IMG/VR virus record: IMGVR_UViG_3300032288_001980
Location: 1-64,000 of that record
Source: a virus
Length of the DNA stretch: 64,000 nucleotides
Strand: one strand, 5' to 3'
Every line of letters starts with the position of its first letter. Positions within the stretch are counted from its first letter, which is position 1. Shown here piece by piece: positions 47,196 to 56,630 of the stretch. The position numbers and the translations under genes are program-made. Under the pieces are notes generated by a model. It made no database searches, was not told where the DNA came from, and worked only from the letters and a program-made list of their open reading frames with translations.

Positions 47196-47828
47196 ATGGT
47201 TACGTTAGAAAAAACTCATGAACAATTAAATCCGCAGGCTACATGGTCAAGACCTATAGACAAGATAATAGTGTCACATGACTGCATGACTAACTTTGAT
47301 CAAAACGGCTACGACCTTACTCCCTTAGAGGAGCGTTATGCAGAAGCCAATGGAGCCAGTGTGCGTAATGTTAGATGGCGTAAAGCAATATTCAAAGATT
47401 GGTTTAGTTGCAGTTCTATAAAAGGTGTACATTTAAATCATGCTTGTTTATTTGAGCGTAAAGGCTTTAGCGGTACGGCTCTAAAACAAATACATCAGTT
47501 TGCTGAGCAGTTTACACCTGTATATAAACTAGTTCATATGAGACCTAAGTGGGGCATAGATATCAGTATAGACTATGCAGATGCTGACAAGGCATTTGAA
47601 GTATTTCACTACGAGTGGGATGATTTTAATTACGATTCAGTGGTTGAAAAACAATATCAAATAGAAAAAGTTATTACTAATGTTGATTGGCAGGACTTAG
47701 CTGATAAGTTTTGGCAAATGCGAGACCAGTGGTTGCATTTAGATTTTTACGGACAAACTAAGTTTAAAACAGATTATCTAAACCTAGAGCCCGAGCGTTT
47801 TAAATTAGTTACATGGACATTAAGTTAA
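47196..47828 (+). CDS. Hypothetical protein
   Basis: FDQNGYDLTPLE, KWGIDISIDY; aromatic-rich. Confidence 0.75.
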   Translation: MVTLEKTHEQLNPQATWSRPIDKIIVSHDCMTNFDQNGYDLTPLEERYAEANGASVRNVRWRKAIFKDWFSCSSIKGVHLNHACLFERKGFSGTALKQIHQFAEQFTPVYKLVHMRPKWGIDISIDYADADKAFEVFHYEWDDFNYDSVVEKQYQIEKVITNVDWQDLADKFWQMRDQWLHLDFYGQTKFKTDYLNLEPERFKLVTWTLS

Positions 47829-47835
47829 ATACTGT

Positions 47836-48462
47836 ATGCGTTTAAAAGAAATTTCACAGCAATATCTTTGGCACGGATCCAGGAACAAAATTCCTGTTCT
47901 AGAGCCAAGACAATCACTAGACACTGGTGGCGCACCAGGTAGTAACCAAAACGCTATCTATGCTACCAGCGACCCAAAAGTTGCAATTGCCATGGGACTT
48001 ACAACAGCTGGTTCTGACACTGGTATGTTTCCTAATGACCCTCAAATGGTTTTATTCAGTGGAAAAATTAGAAAAGGCGAAAATGTTTATTTGCACAAAG
48101 TACCTATGAACGGTCCTGATGGCAAGCCACAGTTTGTGCCCGGCGGTAACAGTAGAGAATTTCATTCCGTTCCTGGAGTTAAAGAAATTAAACCAGTAGA
48201 AATAAAAGAAGTTCCTGTGGACCAGTATCTTCATTTAATCAGAGAAGCTACTCCTGAAGACTGGGAACTACGCAAAAAGTACATGAAGCAAAGTGTAGAC
48301 GAAGCACGTTATCACGGCCGTGAAGTAACACTGGGTATTCCAGTTAAACAGGGCGAACATTATTTTGTTTATCAACGAGATCCTATTACTCAAAAAATAA
48401 AAAAGGTAATACACAAAGAGCCGGCAAAGAAAGTTAAAAAAGTCAAAACTATACGTAAGTGA
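47836..48462 (+). CDS. MRLxE-tagged protein: putative ADP-ribosyltransferase-like domain plus a C-terminal module shared with ORF 44112
   Basis: LWHGS...LEPR...IYATSD (Arr-like H-Y pattern); QSVDE then ARYHGREVTLGIP. Confidence 0.6.
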   Translation: MRLKEISQQYLWHGSRNKIPVLEPRQSLDTGGAPGSNQNAIYATSDPKVAIAMGLTTAGSDTGMFPNDPQMVLFSGKIRKGENVYLHKVPMNGPDGKPQFVPGGNSREFHSVPGVKEIKPVEIKEVPVDQYLHLIREATPEDWELRKKYMKQSVDEARYHGREVTLGIPVKQGEHYFVYQRDPITQKIKKVIHKEPAKKVKKVKTIRK

Positions 48463-48487
48463 TTATAGTGATATATAATGTGTCACT

Positions 48488-50512
48488 ATGAAAAAACTTT
48501 TTGAGATTCGAAACTTAAATCCCGTTAAACGAATTGAGCAGGACTACGATGAAAAGCATAGACTGGCCATGGAAGCCATTAAGCCCTATGCTAGATCCGT
48601 ACCACAAAGTAATTTAACTCCTGTTAGTATAGACTATATTAGTAGAAAAACTAGTATAGTATTTTTACTATTGCCAGAGTGGGCACATAATTTTCCTCCT
48701 TATAACGTGGCCCGCTTGGCCGCAGTGACTAAAGCAGCCGGCTACGAAACACATGCATTTGATCTTAACGCCAAAGCATATCAAAATCATACCAATTGGA
48801 AGTTAGACTATAATCCATGGGCCGGCAATAGAGATTGGAAGTGGCGCAGTCCGCACTATGAACAAGAACTCAGTCCACATGTCGAAAAATTTCTAAGTCC
48901 TTACATAGAAAAAATAGTAAAACTTAATCCTACGGTTGTAGGACTTACACTATATTACTGCAACGAAGAAGCCAGCAAATGGATGGCTCGAGAATTAAAA
49001 AAGCGTATGCCCAATTTAATAGTAATGGTTGGCGGGCCTAGTTGTCATCAAAGCTACTGGGAGCCTCCCAAAGAATATGACTATATTGTATCTGGCGAAG
49101 GCGAAAAAATGTTATTAGAAGCCATGGAAGAAATAGAACAAGGTATTGTCAAACCCAAGCCTGTATGGTTTAGACAGCAAGATGGACAGCGTTTAGACTT
49201 AGACAGTATTCCTAGTCCAGACTACAGTCATTTTCCTGCCAGCGACTATTCTGTACCTAATGGTATTAATGCAGAACTTAGCAGAGGTTGTATAGCCAAA
49301 TGTGTATTTTGCAGTGAAACACATTACTGGAAATATCGCGGCAGAATGGCACGTAACATTATTGACGAACTAGCAGACTTGTATTATAATCGCGGAGTAG
49401 ATGTAGTATGGTTCATTGACAGTTTAGTTAATGGCAATCTTAAAGAATTACGTGCATTTGCTCTAGGAGTAGTAGCACGTGGTATGAAATTACATTGGAC
49501 CGGGTATGCTAGATGTGATGGGCGCATGGACTTGGACTATTATAAGGACCTTGCTGCCAGCGGCTGCTTTAGTTTAAGTTATGGTATTGAATCTGGGTCA
49601 AACAAAGTTCTCGCTGACATGGACAAAGGCGTAACTGTTGAAGAAATAGAACAGAATTTTAGAGACGGTGCCGAAGTTGGAGTCGAAGCATTTACTAACT
49701 GGATAGTTGGATTTCCTACTGAACAGCCGCAGGACTTGTATGACAGTATGCAGTTGATATGGCGTAATAGAAATAATAATATCAGCAGTATTGCCGCTGG
49801 TATGGGTTTTATTATTCCACCCGACACTATTATTGCACAGGCTGTGGAAAAATTTAACATAGCAAAAAACTACTTTGAAAATAACTGGATAACCAATGAC
49901 TATCGCAACAGTAAAGTTCACAGACTTATAAGGTTAAAGATTTTTAACATATTGTTGATTAATTTAATTAACAAACAAGGACATGATTATACCAATAGAC
50001 CAAACCTTAAACACAGCTATAAATTAAAGGCCAGTTCGTTAAAAGAAATTGAATTTGAGCAATTTGACTTTAATATATGCAAGCCTAACATCAGCAGTTT
50101 TGCAGACAGTGTTGTTAATGAAGTATGGCCTTTACTAAGACTGCTTTGGAGAACAAGGGGTGCATTTAGTATAGACTTGCAGTTTAATCCCGAACAAGAC
50201 AGTCAAGAGTTTGGATGGAATTTAAGCAGTGATTTTACTGCACAAATTAAATTTGAAATCAACGAGCAAGGGCGATGGACTGCGGATTTTTACTATAAGT
50301 TCAAGCAAGCAGAAAATGCTTGGAATTTCAATGACTATTCAACAGCGACCAGCGTGGCTGCTAGCAGAGCTCGCAAATTAGCAGTACCAGGAAGCACAGG
50401 ACAAGTAGTCTACGACGATGAAGAAAGAGACCGACATTTGGCTTTATTAGAACAGCGCAAACAACTGGATTTCAGTTTCGAATACACATACAAAGATATT
50501 GGACAATGGTAA
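48488..50512 (+). CDS. Cobalamin-binding radical SAM enzyme (class B methyltransferase-like)
   Basis: PTVVGLT and VMVGGP B12-binding domain; SRGCIAKCVFC CxxxCxxC; FIDS, GIESGS, WIVGFPTE. Confidence 0.9.
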   Translation: MKKLFEIRNLNPVKRIEQDYDEKHRLAMEAIKPYARSVPQSNLTPVSIDYISRKTSIVFLLLPEWAHNFPPYNVARLAAVTKAAGYETHAFDLNAKAYQNHTNWKLDYNPWAGNRDWKWRSPHYEQELSPHVEKFLSPYIEKIVKLNPTVVGLTLYYCNEEASKWMARELKKRMPNLIVMVGGPSCHQSYWEPPKEYDYIVSGEGEKMLLEAMEEIEQGIVKPKPVWFRQQDGQRLDLDSIPSPDYSHFPASDYSVPNGINAELSRGCIAKCVFCSETHYWKYRGRMARNIIDELADLYYNRGVDVVWFIDSLVNGNLKELRAFALGVVARGMKLHWTGYARCDGRMDLDYYKDLAASGCFSLSYGIESGSNKVLADMDKGVTVEEIEQNFRDGAEVGVEAFTNWIVGFPTEQPQDLYDSMQLIWRNRNNNISSIAAGMGFIIPPDTIIAQAVEKFNIAKNYFENNWITNDYRNSKVHRLIRLKIFNILLINLINKQGHDYTNRPNLKHSYKLKASSLKEIEFEQFDFNICKPNISSFADSVVNEVWPLLRLLWRTRGAFSIDLQFNPEQDSQEFGWNLSSDFTAQIKFEINEQGRWTADFYYKFKQAENAWNFNDYSTATSVAASRARKLAVPGSTGQVVYDDEERDRHLALLEQRKQLDFSFEYTYKDIGQW

Positions 50513-50525
50513 GTTAAATATAGAT

Positions 50526-50828
50526 ATGAAACAATATAAAATTACCAGTGAAACTTTTAGAACTCAGGGCGATGATCCTAGTATTCCTGACGCTTATGTG
50601 GATCCCGCACAGCTAGCAGAACTTAAAAAACTAGCGGGTATAGACAGTTTGGGAATTATGGAACGACATCGTGCCCGTGACTCTCAAAGCCCTATCACTG
50701 GTGAAATTGGCACGGATAAAGCAGAATATCAGCGTAAGCATAATATTAGACCCGGATCAGACGAGTGGTTTAAGTTGTGGTTTGCAAGGCCCACGCTAAC
50801 TGGAGAAAACCCCATGCCCAAGGCTTGA
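50526..50828 (+). CDS. Hypothetical late protein
   Basis: TAAATA 50515-50520, 5 nt before ATG; IRPGSDEWFKLWF. Confidence 0.75.
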   Translation: MKQYKITSETFRTQGDDPSIPDAYVDPAQLAELKKLAGIDSLGIMERHRARDSQSPITGEIGTDKAEYQRKHNIRPGSDEWFKLWFARPTLTGENPMPKA

Positions 50829-50858
50829 CCCCAACAGGTAAATACTATATAATGGGGT
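50825..50858 (+). promoter_or_regulatory. Nested sigma70 and TAAATA promoters inside a 6-bp inverted repeat
   Basis: TTGACC 50825-50830, TATAAT 50848-50853, TAAATA 50839-50844; ACCCCA/TGGGGT. Confidence 0.7.
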
Positions 50859-50864
50859 TTTATT

Positions 50865-51491
50865 ATGAGTGAGTATTACAAAAGATTACAACTAAACAAT
50901 TTAGAACAGTTTCAAACAACAATCAGTGACTTATATGTTACTGATCCTATTGTTTCTAATGTTACCGGGCCTATCCCTTTATTTAAATCCGGTCAACCAG
51001 AACCCGAGTACAAGTATAGCTTGTTAGCATGGGCGCCTATTCAAATTTTAACTGGATCTAATAGTATTAGTCCTGCATATTTTAGAGTGTTTGGATTACC
51101 ACAACAAACTTATCCAATAGTAGAACAGGGACATGACATTAAAGTTCACCATCGACAAGCACGAGACTCAAAAGAAGTATTAACGGCCCATTTATTACAA
51201 CTAATAATGTATATTCCCATTTTAAATGGGGCCGATCACACTATAGAATTATATGATCCCGACTCTGAGGAGTTACTAGATAGTTTTGCACTAACTACGC
51301 CTGTATTGGTTGACAGCAACCTTAAAATGAAATCTGTAATTAATAATCCCAATGGTTGTTGGCATGTACAAATACAATTTGTAACTAAACATGCGTATGC
51401 AATGACAGGAAATATGCTACTTCAAACTATTGGTACTCCAATGGCTCCGGGAGCCTTATCTTTCCCTGCATCCCAAATTTTACCTGACTAA
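50865..51491 (+). CDS. Hypothetical protein, possibly cupin-like
   Basis: KVHHR, IMYIPI, GCWHVQIQF. Confidence 0.65.
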   Translation: MSEYYKRLQLNNLEQFQTTISDLYVTDPIVSNVTGPIPLFKSGQPEPEYKYSLLAWAPIQILTGSNSISPAYFRVFGLPQQTYPIVEQGHDIKVHHRQARDSKEVLTAHLLQLIMYIPILNGADHTIELYDPDSEELLDSFALTTPVLVDSNLKMKSVINNPNGCWHVQIQFVTKHAYAMTGNMLLQTIGTPMAPGALSFPASQILPD

Positions 51492-51494
51492 ACC

Positions 51495-52595
51495 ATGGAA
51501 AGAAAGCACCCGCTAGGACCAGCGACTACACAAAGTCAATTGCCCGAAGGCTACCAAATGAACTGGGCTGTAGCTAACGGCTGTCCCACTACATTCAGCT
51601 GGGAATACAACGACCATCGTAAAGAATTGTTGTCCTTGTACGAAAAGGGCAAGGCCGGCCAATGGGACGCACAAACAAGAATCGACTGGACTATAGAAAC
51701 AGACCCAACTAACCCAATGGGCATTGACGAAACTATTATTCCTTTATACGGTACAGATCTGTGGTCAAAACTTAGTGCTAAAACCAAAGACGATATCGTC
51801 TACGATTATAATGCTTACCTAATAGGTGCGTTCTTACATGGAGAACAGGGTGCGTTAATCAGCGCGGCTAAGATTATTGAAAGTGCTCCTGATCACGATG
51901 CCAAATGGCTAGCTACTACACAGGCCATTGACGAAAGTCGCCACATCGAAGCCTTTGGTAAGTTTGCACATAGAATTAACATGATACGCCCAGTGCAACG
52001 CAGTTTGATGAAAATGTACGAAGTTGCTTTTAAAAGCGACAAGTGGGACTTGGTATTTCTAAACAGTCACGTAGTAGCCGAGGGGTGGGGAATAGGAAGT
52101 ATGCAGTTGATGCGTGATAACGCTACTAATCCATTAGCTAAAAGTATGCTGGCCTACATTATGCAGGACGAAGCAAGACATATTGCGTTTGGACGTTATA
52201 TTCTTAAAGATTATTATAAAGGTCTAACTGCACAAGAACTAATGGACCGCGAGGACTATTTAATTGCTTGTGTAATGTGGCTATATGCCCGCTTGGATTT
52301 TAACGAAATCTTAGATCATCACTTGGATATGAAAGACGTAGGGCGCCAAATCAAAGAAAACGTCAGCTACCACAAAGTTAAAAAACACATGATGAGCAGA
52401 ATCGTTCCTATTATCAAGGATATTGGACTGCTGACCCCTAGACTGCAAAAGACGTTTGTAAAACTGGGTATCATTGAAAACGTTGACTTAAACTTTGATG
52501 ATATGTGGCGCGAAGATGATGCTATTGCTACCAGCATGGAAGAAACCATACGCAATAGACTACAGCAAGTAGGTGTCAATACTAATAATCTCTAA
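51495..52595 (+). CDS. Ferritin-like diiron oxygenase (AurF-like)
   Basis: FLHGEQGAL, DESRH, VAEGWG, DEARH paired ExxH motifs. Confidence 0.82.
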   Translation: MERKHPLGPATTQSQLPEGYQMNWAVANGCPTTFSWEYNDHRKELLSLYEKGKAGQWDAQTRIDWTIETDPTNPMGIDETIIPLYGTDLWSKLSAKTKDDIVYDYNAYLIGAFLHGEQGALISAAKIIESAPDHDAKWLATTQAIDESRHIEAFGKFAHRINMIRPVQRSLMKMYEVAFKSDKWDLVFLNSHVVAEGWGIGSMQLMRDNATNPLAKSMLAYIMQDEARHIAFGRYILKDYYKGLTAQELMDREDYLIACVMWLYARLDFNEILDHHLDMKDVGRQIKENVSYHKVKKHMMSRIVPIIKDIGLLTPRLQKTFVKLGIIENVDLNFDDMWREDDAIATSMEETIRNRLQQVGVNTNNL

Positions 52596-52600
52596 GCAAA

Positions 52601-52646
52601 AATAAATGGTATAAATTCAATAAATACATGAATTGAGCCATTTATT
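52601..52646 (+). promoter_or_regulatory. TAAATA in the loop of a hairpin that abuts the start codon
   Basis: AATAAATGG/CCATTTATT plus AATTCA/TGAATT; TAAATA 52621-52626; ATG 52647. Confidence 0.7.
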
Positions 52647-53873
52647 ATGCGATTACAAGAACTTCTAGCTGAAAATATCACATTACTCGAGTACAATCGA
52701 GATATCACCGCCCAAAACTATGGCAGGAAAATCGTCCCTATTGCTAGGAGAGATCGTAGTATACCCGCACAATTCAGAGATCCAGATCAAGTATCCGACG
52801 ACCAATTATTAGATTTAGTCATGGACCAAATCGAAAAGTCGGATCCCACACAAAATAAAGAATACGCACAGGCCCTAGCAAAAATATACGGACAAGGACA
52901 AACAAAGTTCGAAGACATGGGCAGTACATTATCAGATTATCTTATTAAATTTGATAAACTTAAACGCAAAAAAGTTATTCCTAGTCCTCGTAATGATTTT
53001 ATGCGCTATACTAATATTGGCGATTTTTTAAGTGTAGTTGACGAATATCCCGATGTAGACGAAAGCCCCGAAGCCAAAGGCAAATCCCACGAAATTTATA
53101 AAGATTCTGTTCTAAGAGTAATTCAACCTATTAACAAAGAAGCCGCTTGCTATTACGGACGTGGTACACGTTGGTGTACTGCGGCTAATACTAATAACAT
53201 GTTTGACACTTATGCCGGCAAGGGCGAATTGTTTATTCTTATACCTCAAAAGCCTGCATATAAAGATGAGAAATATCAACTGCATTTCGAAACTAGGCAG
53301 TTTATGAATGAAAAAGATCATCCTGTACCAATGATAGATCTTGTAAAAAGATTCCCGCAATTAAAACAAATATTCTACGATCAAGCACATAATCTTAATA
53401 TCAAAGCCTTGATACTTGACACAGAAGAATATGAAAAATTACTTAGAAAATTCCCAGAAGAAATAAGAAATCGTTTATTAGCATTTGTAAATGAAGACAC
53501 TGGTACTGTTATTAAAAATATGCTGGTACAATTACTTCACGACGCAAAAATTCTAAAAGAGTTAGTTGATCCAGACGAATTCAAAGAACTAGCATGGGAA
53601 GCCTTTAATGACGAAGGTTATGATTTAGTTAATAAAATTACTAGAACCATTCGTGATATTGATACATGGCAAGAGTTTGAAGCAAGATATGATATAGTCA
53701 GTGATGCAATAGCAGACTGGACGCAGGAAAAAGATTTTTATCAGTTAATCATGGACGAATTAGAAAGCATCGATGAGCTAGACCTACAGATGGACTGTGC
53801 AATAGGCATGAACGGTGAAATACTAAACTGGCTAGATGCGGCCATTGAACATAACGTAAGGGAACTAATATGA
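52647..53873 (+). CDS. MRLxEL-tagged protein with a PcfJ-like domain
   Basis: MRLQELLAE; AACYYGRGTRWCTA...KYQLHF. Confidence 0.68.
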   Translation: MRLQELLAENITLLEYNRDITAQNYGRKIVPIARRDRSIPAQFRDPDQVSDDQLLDLVMDQIEKSDPTQNKEYAQALAKIYGQGQTKFEDMGSTLSDYLIKFDKLKRKKVIPSPRNDFMRYTNIGDFLSVVDEYPDVDESPEAKGKSHEIYKDSVLRVIQPINKEAACYYGRGTRWCTAANTNNMFDTYAGKGELFILIPQKPAYKDEKYQLHFETRQFMNEKDHPVPMIDLVKRFPQLKQIFYDQAHNLNIKALILDTEEYEKLLRKFPEEIRNRLLAFVNEDTGTVIKNMLVQLLHDAKILKELVDPDEFKELAWEAFNDEGYDLVNKITRTIRDIDTWQEFEARYDIVSDAIADWTQEKDFYQLIMDELESIDELDLQMDCAIGMNGEILNWLDAAIEHNVRELI

Positions 53874-55354
53874 GAGCCAGTGAGCTTTTTGAATCAAAAC
53901 AGAAAAAATTAAATGGCCTTACGGTTATGAGCTTGGATCAATTTGTTGATCATGAACAACAGGACGTAGAAGAATCCGCAGGAGACAGTCAATGGCTGGA
54001 TCGAGCAGATGTCTTAATTAAAAAACTAGGTAGACTTGGCCAAGCAGTTGTGACAAATCCTATGCATTGGAGACGTTACGAGTCTGCTGTTGAAAATAAT
54101 GATACTGATTGGCTTTACAACTTTATTGCATATCACTTAAAGTCTAACACAAAAGAAATGCTAAAGCTCGATAACCTTATTGGTGACATAGGCGGCGGCC
54201 TAGGCAGGCTTACTGATTTTGCTTGGTCTGTTAAAGAAGGAAAATGGAAAGAAGATTTCTTAGAACCATGGGAAGAATACAAATCCAGCATGACTAGTGA
54301 AAGTCTGTCAGAAGCTCCATTTGGTCTAGGATCCAAGTATAGGGCAATGGACGACGATGAAATGCAGGATTTTTTAGGCCGCGTTAAAACTAAGACCAAA
54401 ACTAAAAGAGACAAGTTCGACTATCCTTACGTGCATGGCAGTAACGTTGAAATCAAGGACGAAAAAGGACACAAGTACGACTTGGATGCACTTAAGGCCA
54501 TGATCACTGCTAGACCAAAAAGTATATTAGGCCAAAACGCTAAAATGCAACACAGCGAAACCGGCAGTCAAGCAATCTATGACATTGGCTTACCAGCACT
54601 TAAAGGACTGGCAGTCAATGAAGAAACAGGTGAGTTTGTAGTAGTAGATACTTGCCCGGGCGCCGGCGCTTGTAAAACTTACTGTTATGCAATGCAGGGC
54701 GGCTATGTTATGTTTAAAGCTTCTAGTATGAGCAGTACTAGATTGTTAAACTTCTTATTAAACGATCCTGAAGGCTTTGCAAGTATGCTTAACACAGAAA
54801 TAGAAAAATCTAAAGCCAAGCTGGGTAAAAAGAATGTTAAGATGGTAGTTCGTTGGCACGATGCCGGAGACTTTTTTAGTCCTGAATATCTAGATGTTGC
54901 TTATCAAATTGCTAATGATAATCCTGACGTAGAGTTTTATGCTTATACCAAGATAGCTGACGTAGCTACTGCAAGTCGTCCTAAGAATTTCCGTATGAAC
55001 TTTAGCGGAGGCGCACATACCAGTCAGGAAAAGAAAGTAGACTTTCAAAGAGTCAAGCACAGCAAGGTTGTGCCGCAAGAAATGTTTTGGGACTTGATTG
55101 CACGTGATGGTAACAAGCTAATTAAAGATGCCAAAGACCGTATGCAATTTAAGTCCGGTGCAGAGTTAGAAGAATTTAAACAGCGCATGGCTAAAAAGTA
55201 TGCATTAGATACCAGCAGTATCATTACATATGATGAAATGATGCGTACTCCCGAAGGTGATAAAAACAAATGGAATGTTATTGTAATGCCTGGCGACGGT
55301 GACAACGCAGCCAATAGAGATGATGTTTTAGGTAGCTATTTGCTATTCCATTGA
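53870..55354 (+). CDS. MRAxEL-tagged modular protein with a C-terminal GP88-like Cys domain
   Basis: MRASELFE; TCPGAGACKTYCYA, VRWHDAGDF, YAYTK. Confidence 0.72.
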   Translation: MRASELFESKQKKLNGLTVMSLDQFVDHEQQDVEESAGDSQWLDRADVLIKKLGRLGQAVVTNPMHWRRYESAVENNDTDWLYNFIAYHLKSNTKEMLKLDNLIGDIGGGLGRLTDFAWSVKEGKWKEDFLEPWEEYKSSMTSESLSEAPFGLGSKYRAMDDDEMQDFLGRVKTKTKTKRDKFDYPYVHGSNVEIKDEKGHKYDLDALKAMITARPKSILGQNAKMQHSETGSQAIYDIGLPALKGLAVNEETGEFVVVDTCPGAGACKTYCYAMQGGYVMFKASSMSSTRLLNFLLNDPEGFASMLNTEIEKSKAKLGKKNVKMVVRWHDAGDFFSPEYLDVAYQIANDNPDVEFYAYTKIADVATASRPKNFRMNFSGGAHTSQEKKVDFQRVKHSKVVPQEMFWDLIARDGNKLIKDAKDRMQFKSGAELEEFKQRMAKKYALDTSSIITYDEMMRTPEGDKNKWNVIVMPGDGDNAANRDDVLGSYLLFH

Positions 55355-55355
55355 T

Positions 55356-56195
55356 ATGAGACTACAAGAATTATTAAATGAAGCACCTCTAGTAGATTAT
55401 GAACCTTTTGGTGACTTTAATAAGCCGGGCCCGTTTAGGGGACCTGACAAAAAACTAGTGCCTCATCCTGTTAACAAAGTTAAGGCCATAAAGTTTTTTG
55501 AAAAGACACCTTTTGATTTTAGATTGTTTTTTAGTAATGTATCGGGTACCGGGCGCTACAGTGAATACGGACCGATGACTCCAAGTAATGTGGAAATCAT
55601 ATTTGGTGATGAAGGTAAAGAAATTGTCAAAGGTCACGAAGATGCAATTACAGTAGTATTTGTGGGCAACAAAGGTGATGCTAAACGTATGCTGACTCCA
55701 TGGGTTATGGCACATAGATTCGGCCATGCTATTGTAGCTGGTGGTAGGGGTAGCAGTGGAGATCCTGCTTGGCAAGAAGCAGAAAGTCACTTCTTTAGAA
55801 CTATCAATCAAATTCTTCAGGATTTTTATGGCAACAGAGGTAACCCAGGTGGACAATTAAAGTTTGAACTCAGTAAAGAATACAATGCTTTATTCAATGC
55901 TATTGGCACACAACGCAGTAGTAGGGAAGGTGATATTAAAAGACCCTACGAGTTTTTATATGAACTATTTGCACAGTACTTGGGCACTGGCAACGTAACA
56001 CTAAATCCGTTGCCAGTTAGTATCGGCTATGGACGGCAAGCATGGGGCAACCCTAGTCGTCAGTTAACTATACGTTCAGAAGAACTAAGAGACGAACAAG
56101 AAAGACGTCAAACAACAGAAGTTTTAGCTAGGGATATGGAACTGTTGTTTAATGACGTTTTGGGTAATTCTGTGGGAAAAATATATGTTATGTGA
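55356..56195 (+). CDS. MRLxEL-tagged protein, zincin-like
   Basis: MRLQELLNE; TPWVMAHRFGHAI; YEFLYELFAQY. Confidence 0.65.
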   Translation: MRLQELLNEAPLVDYEPFGDFNKPGPFRGPDKKLVPHPVNKVKAIKFFEKTPFDFRLFFSNVSGTGRYSEYGPMTPSNVEIIFGDEGKEIVKGHEDAITVVFVGNKGDAKRMLTPWVMAHRFGHAIVAGGRGSSGDPAWQEAESHFFRTINQILQDFYGNRGNPGGQLKFELSKEYNALFNAIGTQRSSREGDIKRPYEFLYELFAQYLGTGNVTLNPLPVSIGYGRQAWGNPSRQLTIRSEELRDEQERRQTTEVLARDMELLFNDVLGNSVGKIYVM

Positions 56196-56210
56196 ACGAA
56201 ATAATGAATA

Positions 56211-56245
56211 TCCTGTGTATCCTCCACAGGAAGGCGAGTGGGATA
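56211..56245 (+). ncRNA. Candidate H-type pseudoknot in an intergenic spacer
   Basis: UCCUGUG/CACAGGA stem; loop UAUCCU pairs with GGGAUA at 56240-56245. Confidence 0.35.
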
Positions 56246-56282
56246 GACCCTTAAACCCATATAGTCCAGTATAAATATAATT

Positions 56283-56630
56283 ATGAGATTAACTGAGCTT
56301 AAATCTGGTATTAATACACTTGGACGTACTGGCGCGGGCGATGTCGAAATCGCACGACTAGCCCGTAGAGCTCGTAGTATGTACCCCAATTTAGGTCATG
56401 ACGATTTAGAAGCTGTACTAAAATACTTGGAGCTTGGCTTAGAAAAAGACCAAAGCGACATAGACGATGTAGAGCGCAATGATGCAGAGCAAGAGCATGA
56501 GCTGAATAAAATGGACAAAGAAATTGATCAACTTGACAAAGAAGTTGACGATTTAGAATCCAGAGAAGAAACGGATAGGGAACTGATCGCCAATCTCCGT
56601 GACACCATAAGAATATTACAATCAAGATGA
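56283..56630 (+). CDS. MRLxEL-tagged acidic coiled-coil protein
   Basis: MRLTELKS; TATAAATA at 56270-56277. Confidence 0.75.
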   Translation: MRLTELKSGINTLGRTGAGDVEIARLARRARSMYPNLGHDDLEAVLKYLELGLEKDQSDIDDVERNDAEQEHELNKMDKEIDQLDKEVDDLESREETDRELIANLRDTIRILQSR

